From contig OZ231126.1 in the NCBI GenBank assembly GCA_965153355.1, forward strand, positions 8,370,001-8,434,000: DNA of 64,000 bases, given 5' to 3'. Source of the DNA: Flaccisagitta enflata. Lineage: Eukaryota. Below, piece after piece: positions 51,246 through 64,000 of the stretch (within the stretch, counting starts at the first letter, position 1; the number at the start of each line of letters is the position of its first letter). The translations under genes were made by a program, and so were the position numbers. Below the pieces are notes generated by a model, which worked only from the letters and a program-made list of their open reading frames with translations, was not told the DNA's origin and ran no database searches.

Positions 51246-52350
51246 TTTCTAGCTTTGTAGACCAACGGCAATTGTTCTTTTTTTTTCTGATGCGCCGGAA
51301 TGACTCCTTTTTACTTAAGCTTCATGAAGTTTTTTTTTTTGTTATTTTTTATGTCATTGATAACTTGAAATAGATTGAGATATCAGCTCATTGCCGTTGG
51401 TTCTTTGGAGTACTCTTGAGAAGGGATAGGAGACGATCAAACAAAACAGTCACATGTAAGATATACACGATGATCATTGATAGAACTGGGCATCTTAAAC
51501 AAAGTTGTCTTTACAATAAGCAATCTAGAAATCCTTTTTGACTATTAGAATGAGGGACATGACGGGGCTTTTTTGGGTCATACACACCCTGTCGGTCCAC
51601 TGTCCAACCGTCTGTTCGATGCAACCTTCACTCAAAATTTAGGATCGGCTCTACATTGCCGTCTTTTTAGACCTATTTAAAGAAAAATAAAGATTGCCGA
51701 GTGGCTCGGTACAAAAAGAATGGAGCCTTAAAAAGAAGCCGATTTCCGAGTGACTTCCTACAAAATGACTTGCATTTTTAGTATCTAGAATTATTTTTGA
51801 GTGGGTTCTTGCTTGACTAACATCTAGCTACTCTTTTAAAACCAACCTACTTGTCAGATGTATGAGTATAGCAATCTGAAATATTGTAACCGCACTAACT
51901 CGTTAGGATTTACCAACACTATTTTAATGTTCTCCGCTAACCACCTCTCAGAGTCAGCTTTCTTTTTAAAATCCGAAAATATTTTTAAGTGTGAGTTGAA
52001 ATGGAGGTAATTCGATTTTTTAGCGTGATTTTTCTCGTTTAATGTTTGAGGGTTTGTTTACGTGTGATTCTCTCTAGGTCTGAGAGGTGTTTTCTGAGCT
52101 GACAGAGCCACGTCAACTAACATGTCAATAACTTCAGCACACATGAAGGCGACGGAGAACACGTTTTAGAAACGGAGAAAACGTTTTAGAAACCGCGAAG
52201 TCTCACTGCCTACACTTCGAAACAAGGCCGGATACACGGCAATCCAGTCGCGGACGGTTGGGCAGGAGCAGTGATACGCAAACCGATCGCAATTCAAAAA
52301 TATTTCGGACCGACGGACGGACCGACGGACCGACAAGGCAAGGTGTAGAG

Positions 52351-52702
52351 TACGTCTGTCAGAGTGCCTAGAAAAGCCAAAATTAAACTTTGCTCCTCAA
52401 AAATATTTTTCCTTTGCAAAAATGCATTCAAATGAGCCATTGCGCGACTATCAAATCAATCAGGAACCATCTTTAGGATGACTTTGAAGTTTCTATAGAT
52501 CTGAATGAGAAAGATAAAATTTGCATCATGGAAAAAAAGATTCCAATGATGATTCAATGCAAACTTCAACCTCACCCTAAAGATGGTTCCCAATTGATTT
52601 GAAAGTTGCGCAATGGCTCATTTGAAAGCATTTTTGCAAAAGAAAAATATTTTTGAGGAGCAAAGTACAATTTTGGCTTTTCTAGGCACTCTGACAGACG
52701 TA
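52351..52702. mobile_element. hAT-type fold-back MITE nested in a family-A element
   Basis: TIR TACGTCTGTCAGAGTGCCTAGAAAAGCC with 8-bp duplication GTGTAGAG. Confidence 0.9.
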
Positions 52703-52855
52703 GTGTAGAGTCGCGTGTCCGCGACTAAAAACACTAACTGAACGGCGAGAGGAATGAGCAATTCATATCGCATTGGTCACGATCAAAACCAACACCCTCT
52801 CCCAGCAAGATCAGGTGAAAAGTGATATTGCAGTAGGTTTTTTTAGTTTTGTATA

Positions 52856-53457
52856 CAGTACGATGGGAGCAATGACGACCTAGACTGGAGGATAGATTTT
52901 AGGTATCTTAATTTTGATTGTATCATAAAATATTTGAGATCTAGGGTAATCAAAAGTTGCTTTATTGAATGAAAATGTTTGTGTCTGTCAAACTTAAACT
53001 TGCGACTTGACCTCATCAAGACTTCATTTTTCAAAGTTTTAACCTATCTCAATAGATTGGGTGGAAAATTTTATATGGTTTTGAAAAAAGAATCCGCTCA
53101 ATTGGTCCATTTTTTCAGGTTTTATGGCCATTTTAAATTTTGCCCAAAAATTAATTTGCATAACTTTTATTTACTAAACATAGCCATAAAACCCGTAAAA
53201 ATGGTCCAATTGAGCTGATTTTTTTTTTTCAAAATTCTATAGAATTTTTTGCCCGATATAATGAAAATAGTAAGAACCTTGAAAAATGAAGTCTTGATGA
53301 GGTCAAATCACAAGTTGAGGTTTATAAAACGCAAATGCATTCGCTCAATAGAGCAATCTTTAATTTGCCTAAATGTCGAATATTTTATAATACAAATAAA
53401 ATAAGGATACTTAAAATATATTATCCAGTCTAGGTCGTCATTGCTCCCATCGTACTG
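52856..53457. mobile_element. Tc1/mariner-type MITE
   Basis: TA|CAGTACGATGGGAGCAATGACGACCTAGACTGGA...inverse|TA. Confidence 0.88.
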
Positions 53458-54573
53458 TAGAATCTGAGCTCTATTTACTGGAAAAAGTGGAAATAAAATC
53501 TTTTCAAGAGCGCTTATTGAGATTTTCATAAAAATTGGCTTTTAGCCTTGTTTTGCATTTAGATTCTACTGGGAACTAAAAACAATTTTTTTGACAGCAT
53601 ATTTGAATTCCTGTTGAAATTTCCATTCAATTTTTGTGAAAATCTTTCTGACAAAATTATGTTTTCATTAGTTCCAGTAAAAAGAGCTCAAATTCTATAG
53701 AGACCTGTATGAAAACCGGAAGAAATTTTGAAGATGAAACTGATCTTTTGTTTTTATCGAGTTTTCCCGTTTGGGCGAAGTTCGAGTTGATTCGGGTTGA
53801 AATGTATTTAACCCAGCAGCCTCTCACCTAGCCCTAACGCTAGCCCTGACCCTAAAACCAACCCCAACCTTAACCCTAACCCTAAATAAAAACTCGCTTA
53901 GAAAGTAATTAAAACAAAAGACATCACCGAATTCAAGAACATGAAACAGTACCCGAAAACCTACCGCAATATTACATTTCAGTTTTCACCTGATTTTGCT
54001 ATGAGAGGGTAGTGAAACTGGCAACGAAGCATGGCAATGATCGACCGGCACGCCGCACGGTCAGTGCTTAAGCATTGCTCAATGAGCACGGCGGAACGAT
54101 TAACGGACAAAGACAATTTTGAGTGTGCAGACCCCGGACTGGTCAAGAACGGTCCCACGGCATGTGAGGAACATCAAACACCCGTTGGCAAATTAGTCTG
54201 AAGGCAAAAAATTGATTGCATGACACTTTGGTTATAGTAAGGAAATCCTAGTTTCCGATGTAATTTTTTTTTTATTCACCTACATAATTCTGCTAGTTAG
54301 AGCTGATTAATTGCTCGAGAAAATCATGTGACCATGCAAATTGAAGCAGCAAACATAAATTCTATTGAAATCCCATCTTTGAGACCGCTGCAAAGTCTCG
54401 TCGACTGCTTCTGCTGTGTCTATGGATGATATGCTTGGAATTTTCATTGGCGATATTCATGTCACTATCTTGACTGAACCTTTTTGTCATTAAATTTGTC
54501 GGTATGTCTGTCTATATCTGCCCGTTTGTCTATCCGTCTGTCTGTATGTGTCTATCTCCATCTATCTGTATGG

Positions 54574-54574
<1 letters not shown>

Positions 54575-54629
<55 letters not shown>

Positions 54630-54745
54630 GTTTCGAGGGATTTTGTCATTTCAACTCCAAAGGCAATCAAGTGGTATTGTTTTGTCCATTTAGAACAACA
54701 AGCTAAGAGTGACGCGGTAGAAAATAGCATCTCATCACACGCACG

Positions 54746-54801
<56 letters not shown>

Positions 54802-55114
54802 CACGCACATACGCACACACACGCACATACGCACACATTCGCACAGACGCACTTCTTCCTTCTCTACTCTCTAGGATCACTTTCTTTCTCTTTCTTCCTT
54901 TTTCAACCTTCCTTTCTCTCTCTTCCTTTCTCTCTCTCTCTCTTCCTTTCTCTCTCTTCCTTCTCTCTTTCTTCCTTTCTCTCTTTCTTTCTTTCTCTGT
55001 TTCTCTCTCTCTTTCTTTCTTTCTCTGTTTCTCTCGCTCGATCTTTCTTTCTCTGTTTCTCTCTCTGTTTCTCTCTCTCGATCTTTCTTTTTCTGTTTCT
55101 CTCTCTCTTTCATT

Positions 55115-55182
<68 letters not shown>

Positions 55183-55504
55183 TTTTTGCTTTTTGCTTCC
55201 TTTCTTTTTTTGCTTTTTGCTTTCTTTCTTTCCATGAAATATTTCGTTACGCGTCACTCAGAAATACCACTTTCAATGGAAAAGACTTTGTTACAGGCGA
55301 TTTTTGGTTAGTCACTATGCGTTTTAGGCGATTTCTTTAACGAAGAATCTGAAGAAAGAATGACAGGGCTTTCAAAAATATTCGTTAGAGGCGGAATTTC
55401 GTAAGAAGCGTGTTCGTTAGAACGATTTTCTTCTGTACTTAGTAGATCAATGCTATTCTCTCATGTTTGCTTGCCCTCCTTAATTCTTTCTTTATACGTT
55501 TGAA

Positions 55505-55601
<97 letters not shown>

Positions 55602-55870
55602 GTGTGTGTTTGTGCGTGTGTGTGTTTGTGCGTGTGTGTGTTTGTGCGTGTGTGTGTTTGTGCATGTGTGTTTGTGCATGTGTGTTTGTGCATGTGTGTT
55701 TGTGCATGTGTGTTTGTGCATGTGTGTTTGTGCATGTGTGTTTGTGCATGTGTGTGTGTGTGTGTGTGTGTTTGTGCATGTGTGTGTGTGTGCGCGCACG
55801 TATGTGTGCGTGTATTTATTTGCGTGCTTTCTTTTACGTCCATGCTGGTAAACATGAGTGCGTGTGTGCA
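54575..55870. repeat. (CT)n, (CA)n, (CTTT)n and (TG)n microsatellite cluster
   Basis: Direct reading. Confidence 0.92.
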
Positions 55871-56165
55871 TGTATTTTCATTTTCATTTCTTTTTGTGTG
55901 TTTAAAGTGATAGATACGAAAATGAAATTTGTCATTTTATGATTGGGATCCTCTATAGGACATGGAACAGCTTTGCTGAATGAGTCTGCGGGGGAAGCAT
56001 TACATGCGGACTTCGATGCGCACTACAAAGGATACATTGTGAGAGATCTCCAGAATGCCACCTCGTACGCGACAAAGTTGCTTAAAAGCGTTATGGTCTA
56101 CAATGCTTGTTATATCTGAGAGATTGAATTCATGTTAATCGTTTTTTGCTAATGTGGTATTCGTA

Positions 56166-57820
56166 TTTTTGTCCCCGACGAACAGTTTTCGTCGGTGACT
56201 ATGTGATAGCAGTGATGTGTAGTCTGTTTGTCGTTTGTTCGTTTAAAACCTTCTCATATCTTTTGATCCAGACTTCAGAAGATTATGAAACTTTACCAAT
56301 GTTATTTTTATGTCAATAGGAGCTTGTGTACCAATTTTCAGAAAAATTCATAAACTTTTACTACCCTTTGCCTATTATTTTTGTAGTAATATTTAGCTGG
56401 GACTTCGCTGGTTTACATAGGTAGAGGGTAGTAAAGGTTTATGAATTTTTTTTTAATTTGGTATACAAGTAGAGGGTAGTGAATAAACAACCCCTGCAAA
56501 ATTCGAATTAAATCTGAAGTCTGGTTTATGAGATATTAGCTTATTTATGTAGTAGTATGTTGCTAGGACTTAGGCAATTTACATGGGCAAAGGGTAGTAG
56601 AGGTATGTGAATTTTTTTCTAATTTGGTTTACAAGTAGAGCGTAGTAAATAAATAACCCTTGCAAAATTCAAATTAAATCTGAAGTCTGGTTTATGAGAT
56701 ATTAGCTTATTTATGTAGTAATATGTTACTATGACTTAGGCAGTTTACATAGGCAAAGGGTAGCAAAGTTATGTGAATTCTTTTTTAATTTGGTATACAA
56801 GTAAAGGATATTAATTGAACTGCCCCTGCAAAATTTGAATTAAATCTGAAGTCTGGTTTATAAGATATTAGCTTATTAATGTAGTAATATGTTACTAGGA
56901 CTTAGGCGATTTATATAGAGGATTGGAGTTGATGAATTCTTTTACTTGCTCATTTATTACATTTTGGTTTTTCTTTAGGTTTGCCATCATGGATTTCAAG
57001 ATTCATCTTCAACTACTGTCATCATATTCAACTACTGTCATCATCTTCAACTACTGTCATCATCTTCAACTACTGTCATCATCTTCAACTACTGTCATCA
57101 TCTTCAACTACTGTCATCATCTTCAACTGCTTTCATCATCTTCAACCGCTGTCATTATCTTCAATCACTGTCATCATCTTCAACCACTGTCATCATCTTC
57201 AACCACTGTCATCATCTTCAACCACTGTCATCATCTTCAATCACTGTCATCATATTCAACCATTGTCATCATCTTTAACCACTGTTATCATCTTCAACCA
57301 CTGTCATCATCTTCAACCACTGTCATCATCTTCAACCACTGTCATCATCTTCAACCACTGTCATCATCTTCAACTACTGTCATCATCTTCAACTACTGTC
57401 ATTATCCTCGACTACTGTCATCATCTTCGACTACCAAATTTTTTTCTGAAAATTTTTCTGAAAATTTTTTTTTGAAAATTTTTTTTGAAAATTTTTTTTT
57501 TTAAATTTTTTTTGAAAATTTTTTTTTGAAAATTGTTTTTGAAAATTTTTTTTTGAAAAAATATTTTTTTTTAAAGTTTTTGGATTTTTTTATAAATATT
57601 TTTTTTTAGATTTTTGTTGTCATTATCATTCATTGTTGTCATCATTATCATCCACTATTGTTATCATTTTCTAGTTTTGTCATCATTAAAACTATATTGA
57701 ATATTTTTTTTCTTCTTGAAAGTGTTGTCTTGTCGTGTATCTCATCGAGTTGCGTTTACGCAACGAGAAAGCTTCAAAAATTACAGTCCCCAGTCGGGGA
57801 CTGTAATTTTGAAGCTTTTT
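56166..57820 (+). mobile_element. HINE/Helentron-like element with internal tandem repeats, copy 2
   Basis: Reverse complement of 15130-16986 with fewer 18-bp units. Confidence 0.8.
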
Positions 57821-58126
57821 GAATTGTTGAAAAGTATTTGAATTTGAATCTCGCATTAAAATTTTTATTTTGGTAAAGAATGATTTTTTTGTATGGAGAT
57901 AAAAGTACAGTGTAACGGATGGCCAGCTGGCTAAATAGACGTATATAGACGAACCAACCGACAAGCAGTTCCAGTTACGTACACGCAACAAGTAAAATGA
58001 AATTGACAGGCGGGCCCAAATGCCTTCAGAGCAATTACAGAAACACTTTTAACGCCCCCCCCCCCCAGACACACGCACAAGCACACACACACAAGCACAC
58101 TCACACAAGCACACACACATACACAC

Positions 58127-58209
<83 letters not shown>

Positions 58210-58242
58210 GAGAGAGAGATTGAGAGAGAGATTGAGAGAGAG

Positions 58243-58363
<121 letters not shown>

Positions 58364-59117
58364 GAGAGAGACAGAGAGAGAGGGAGACAGGGAATGACAG
58401 AAAGACAGACATTGACAAATTGACAGACAGATACTAATGGCCTGATTAATATTTAAGTTTTCAATTGTCGGAAAATAGCGATATTGATCTGGCGTTTACT
58501 CTGTGGATGCTGTCGACGAGACATTCCAGCATACCCAAAACTCAGAACATTAAAAAGATGTTCATCTGTTACTGCAATTTACGCAGTACTTTGATTTTTG
58601 CAAGCGACAAAGTAAGAACTTCCTACGTAGATAGAAAGAAAAACGATACCTGAGAAACTAAAGTTTGGGACTTTCGCAGCCATACAAAAGTGTTGTGTAA
58701 TCAATTTTTTGCCTTCGGAATAATTTGTCAACGGGTGTTTGTTGTTCACCACATGCTGTGGGACCTTTCTTGACCAGTCAGAGGTCTGCACACTCAAAAT
58801 TGTCTATGTCCGTCAATGGTGCCGCCGTGTGAGTCTAGTGCATTGCATAAGCATTGGCTGCATCGCTAAGCACTGCTTAGGCATCGATCGTGAACATCCT
58901 CGAAATCGGCAACGATCCTAATCTTCAATTCCAGAAGGGCCAACACTTTTACGTTCAGCATGATCATCAAGGGATGAGGGTTTCAAGTTACTGAGAGAGC
59001 GAAGCCGGTACCGTGATGTTGTTGAAGTAGGAATGCGAACAATTTTGCTGTGATTGATGCAAATTCAAGTGCCTCATCTTTTACCTGCTGCAAGCTGAAG
59101 ACAGGACGCGACCCAAT

Positions 59118-59174
<57 letters not shown>

Positions 59175-60909
59175 TAACAAAAGAGCAATCTTTGAGCTCA
59201 AGTTCCAAGAGGCGAACAAGAACATCGTGTGATTTTTAGTCGTGTGCACGTTACTCTATAACCCGCTTTGTCTGTCCGCCGGTCCATCCGTCGGTCCGTC
59301 CATCGCTTTTTTGGCGTTGCGGGCGGTTTTTGCATTACTGCTCGTGCCCAAATGCTTTGGAAAGCCTCTTTCTTCACTGCCCCTGCCCAACCGCACGGGA
59401 CTTCGGGAGCCGTGTGTACGGCCTTGTTTACTTACCTGGGCGTCGATAACATCGTTCAAATTTTGTATTGGTTTCACTTCTTTCATCTTTTTACATTTCG
59501 ATACATCCACAGGATTTAACTTCTAAGCATCAATGAATGCGGCAAGAGTATGTGATAGAAATTGCTCTGCGGATAGAAAGCTCGAATTACGTTTATAGTC
59601 TGTCATACTGATGTCACACTGTATCATAGTTTCATAGTAAGTTTAGGGTTTGAAATCTTTAAGGTACATGAAGAAAATTGTATGAATATCCACATCCAGG
59701 TAAGGAAACAAGGCCGGATACACGGCTACCCTAGTCGCGTGCGGGTGGGCAGGAGCAGTGCTGGAGAAGGTCACTAGGACATCTGGGCAGGAGCCGTATG
59801 CTCAAAAAGCTCAAAAACGCCAGAAAAGTAAAAAGTGGACCGACCAACCAACCGACCAACCAACCGACCGACCAACCGACGGACTGACATAGCGGGGTGT
59901 AGAGTCGCGTAGCACGCGACTAAAAATTGTTACATCGACTATAGCTAGTTAGATGAATGAGTGTAAAATAGGGAAATATCAGTGTGAAGGATTATGAACA
60001 TAATCAGTTCTTTGACATTAAACGTGTACCCGGTCTTGTTTTACGGAGACAAGGATAGACAGTGAGAGAAGCCGCCAAAATTGCCAGCACCCCTACCAAT
60101 AGGTTTGAAATCGGGCAGAGATAGCAATTGATGATTTTCTCCCATCAATATACCGGTTGAAATGATTGTTTCATATTTGTTTCAGGTTGCTACCTTATTT
60201 CATCATTTTGAAATTTAGGGTCTAAAATTCGGCCTTATTTACAAATTACGTCATTATACATACTGTTTTTTCGTCATAAAAGTTTGCAAAAGAGCAACCA
60301 AGCATAATACAGTAAAAGAATGATTAAGAAAATTTAAAAGATGTGCTACTCAAATCCGACCTCTTTTGAATCTTGATCACCGGTGCTGCGTGGATACAAA
60401 GCCTTTGTCTCAAGGACTGGTTGGAAATTGGAATAAAAGTTATGCAACAACAAATCATTTGACAATTGAAATCAGCGATTCCTTCTGTGTCGAAAAAGGC
60501 CTACTACATTTACTGTACATCGATTTACTATGGACATAATTGTCGTATGTTCATCGATTCACGAAGGACATCTTAAGGACAAGATGACGTAGAGTGTATC
60601 CCTCCTGGAAGGCTAAGCTCTTTTAAAAAAAATCGGTGAGTTGTATCTTCTTTAATTATTCTCACTCTCATATTGTGCATCATTGAGCCAAGTTTGCGTT
60701 TAATGAGACACACACGCGCACAAATGCACACACACAGACACACACAAATACACACACACAAAGACACACACAAATACACACACACAAAGACACACACATA
60801 AATGATGTCATGTCACACTTCAATGAGCCCATTAAAGGGTTTGAGAAATCTCGGAGGTTAGACAATAGGTCAGCATGGGTTTCACGGGATTCTCTAGGTC
60901 TCAAGGTTG

Positions 60910-61032
<123 letters not shown>

Positions 61033-61060
61033 CGAGAGAGCGAGAGAGCGAGAGAGAGAC

Positions 61061-61093
<33 letters not shown>

Positions 61094-62089
61094 CAGAGAG
61101 AGAGAGAGAGAGAATCCAGGTTGCCGTGGAGGTCCACCATTCCATTCATTCTTTTAAAGAAACATGCAGTAACATCCATGGATGTAGGAGTAGGACTAGG
61201 GTTATCCAGAAGGAGATATTGATCATGCGCTGAGGCTGATGCTGATGTCTCTGGCGTTTGGCCTAGAGACAAAGAAGGAGGAGGACAAGAAGTAGAAATT
61301 TCCCCTGTGTGGGAGCATAGGTCACCGGTCCCTTCGAGGCCGCTGCTTAAAACAGTCAGGAGACAGGGCAGGAGGCAATAAAAGGGCAGGAGCATTACCT
61401 TTCCTCACTAGGAATGACGATGGAAACCATCAACTACTGAGACTGAGGAGGCAATGGGAAATGATAGAAAAGGTCGACCTTACGTCAGCTACCAAGGAGT
61501 GGCAAGAACAAAGAGCAAGGGCAAAGGGGCAGGCTCATCCCGACTAATACCTCAATCCTCAGTGTCTTAGTGATGACATAACCGATTCATTCCGTAGTCT
61601 TTGATTTTACAGTGGAATCCCACCTTAGTGGTACCTCTATTCAAGGGATATCCGCAGTTAAGAGACAACATAGTCAGGTCCCAAATTCTTTCAAGCTTTT
61701 CTAATGTTAAAAAACCTCTATCTAAGAAATCTCTATTTAAGGGGTTTTTAGGATTTGAGAGACAAGTTTTTGATAATTTCTATTATATCAAGGGGAATTT
61801 TTGAAAAAAAGAATTGGATTTTGATATAATTTTAAAGAAAAAATGTATCAAAAAATGATAAGATATTTCCTTTGCCATGAATATCCTGCCATTTTTCTTA
61901 ACTAGCTTAATCATAGTTGATGAACATACTTAAAGCAAAAAGGTGTGGTTAGACGTTACACTATGAATTTTGTAATCTGTAGTAACTAGCAAAACAAGGC
62001 CAACACCTATAAGTCGCGTGCGAGACTTAATTGTATAATCGCCTAATTATAGAAGAACATTATTTCCTGTAATGACGATAATGGCAATA

Positions 62090-64000
62090 ATTACCTATTG
62101 ACCGATAATTGCTTATAATGACCTATAATTACCTATAATTACCCACAATCAAATAATGACCTATAAGTACCTATGAAGACCTATGATAACCTATAATTAC
62201 ATATGGACCAATGATTACCTACAATGAAGTATGATTACCCTGTGTTCAAAAGCAAGTGATACCAGCAAAACCTTCATCGTGCCTAAAGTATTCATTTTGA
62301 GAAATTCAGATTGGTTTCATCCGAAAGCATATAACCTACCATTTATTCATGCAAAATTTCAAAGCACCGGGTCTAGTAGTTCAGCTTCCATAAAATCTTG
62401 AAAATTCATGAAATTTCCAGGAATTTTGCTCAAAAACTGCATTGTAAAACTGTTTTACATCAATGAACCCTTGTAATTTTTGCATATATTGAACTAAAAT
62501 CACCAGATTGGTCGTAAATTGTTAGTTTTCCACCCTTCTTTTTCATATGATTTGATTTGTCAATATTTTGGAGAAAACTAGAAACCTTATGACTAGCAAT
62601 GTGATTCAAAACCTATTCAAACTTCAAAAAATCAAAGAAAAATTAAGATTTTGCACCTGAATTTCCGCGATTTGGTATTTATGGCTTGAAATATGTAAAC
62701 TGAAACTCATATCCTGCTTTCTGGACCAATCTGGTCATTTTTGCATGATTCATTAAAGAATGCCATTGATTCTAAGCTACATAAGTCAGTCCATCATTAT
62801 CTTAGGAATCTTCTAATGGTTTATCCACAATTTCATTCCTAACTATGTGGAAGCTCAACCGCTAGAGCCACTACTATGAAATTTTGTATGTATAAATGGT
62901 AGGGAATGTGCTTTCAGGCAGAACCAATCCGAAATTCTCAAAATGAATACTTAAAGCGCAATAATGGTTTTGCTGGTATCACTTGCTTTTGAACACAGGG
63001 TATCCATAATTACCCATAATTACCTATAATAACATAATGACCTATAATTACCTATAATGACCTATGATTACCTATAATTACCAATAATTGCCCATAATTA
63101 AATAATGACCTATAAGTACCTATAAAGACCTATGATTACCTATAATCACATATGGACCAATAATTACCTATATTGACCTATGATTACCTATAATTACCCA
63201 TGATTACCTATTATAACATAATGACCTGTAATTACCTGTAATTACCTATAATTACCTATACTTACCTATAATTGCATAATGACCTATAATTACCTATAAT
63301 TACCTATGATTAGCTATAATTACCTATAACTGAATAATGACCTATAATTACCTAAGATTGTCTATTGACATATAATTACCTATAATGACCTATAATTACC
63401 TATTATTACTTATAATTACATAATGACCTATAATTGCCTTTAATGACCTTTGATTACCTATAACTACCCATAATTGCATAAAGACCTTTGATTACCAATA
63501 ATTACCTATAATGACCTATAATGACCTATAATTACCTATAATTACAAAATGACCTATAATTACCTATAATTACCTATAATTATCTATAATTACATAATGA
63601 CCTATAATTGCCAATAATGACCTATAATTGCATAATGACTTATAATTACCTATTATGACCTATAATTACCTATAATTACATAATAACCTATAATTACCTA
63701 TAATTACCTATAATGGCCTATAATTTCCGATAATTACCTATAATTACCTATGATTACATACTGACCAATAATGACCTATAATTACATAATAACCTATGAT
63801 TACCTATAATGACCTATAATGACCTATAATTGCATAATAACCTATAATTGCATAATAACCTATAATTACCTATAATTACCTATAATCACCTATAATGACC
63901 TATTATTACCTATAATTACCTATAATTACTTATAATGACCTATAATTGCATAATTACCTATAATGGCCTATGATTACCTATAATGACCTATGATTACCTG
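62090..64000. repeat. 10-bp satellite (TACCTATAAT)n running off the window end
   Basis: Direct reading. Confidence 0.92.
62238..63000. mobile_element. TA-flanked fold-back MITE inserted in the satellite
   Basis: TA|CCCTGTGTTCAAAAGCAAGTGATACCAGCAAAACC...inverse|TA. Confidence 0.88.

Noticed and set aside
50482-51373. Plus-strand ORFs overlapping the HMG exon
   Set aside because: Antisense shadows of a GC-rich exon plus a simple repeat.

Overview
Repeat-rich animal (invertebrate-type) genomic DNA, not prokaryotic. Three genes are supported by splice sites and intron phase. (1) A 13-exon CPEB1/Orb-class gene on the minus strand (ATG 38156, stop 9341, about 1379 aa by my exon sum) with a long Q/S/A/H-rich N-terminus, two RRMs, a ZZ-type Cys/His finger and an apparent C-terminal extension. 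(2) A 4-exon divergent Sox-like HMG-box gene on the minus strand (51245-44337, about 419 aa), just upstream of CPEB. (3) One 54-bp fibrillar-collagen exon on the plus strand (374-427). I found no later collagen exon, so genes 1 and 2 may lie antisense inside a very large collagen intron. A plus-strand orphan ORF lies at about 3975-5072. The remainder is microsatellites, minisatellites, fold-back MITEs (TA or 8-bp target duplications) and Helentron/HINE-like elements carrying internal satellites, often nested. The most unusual feature is an intronic satellite in CPEB whose unit copies the adjacent 3' splice junction, with many units reading CAG|GT. All calls were made by eye and none were database-checked.
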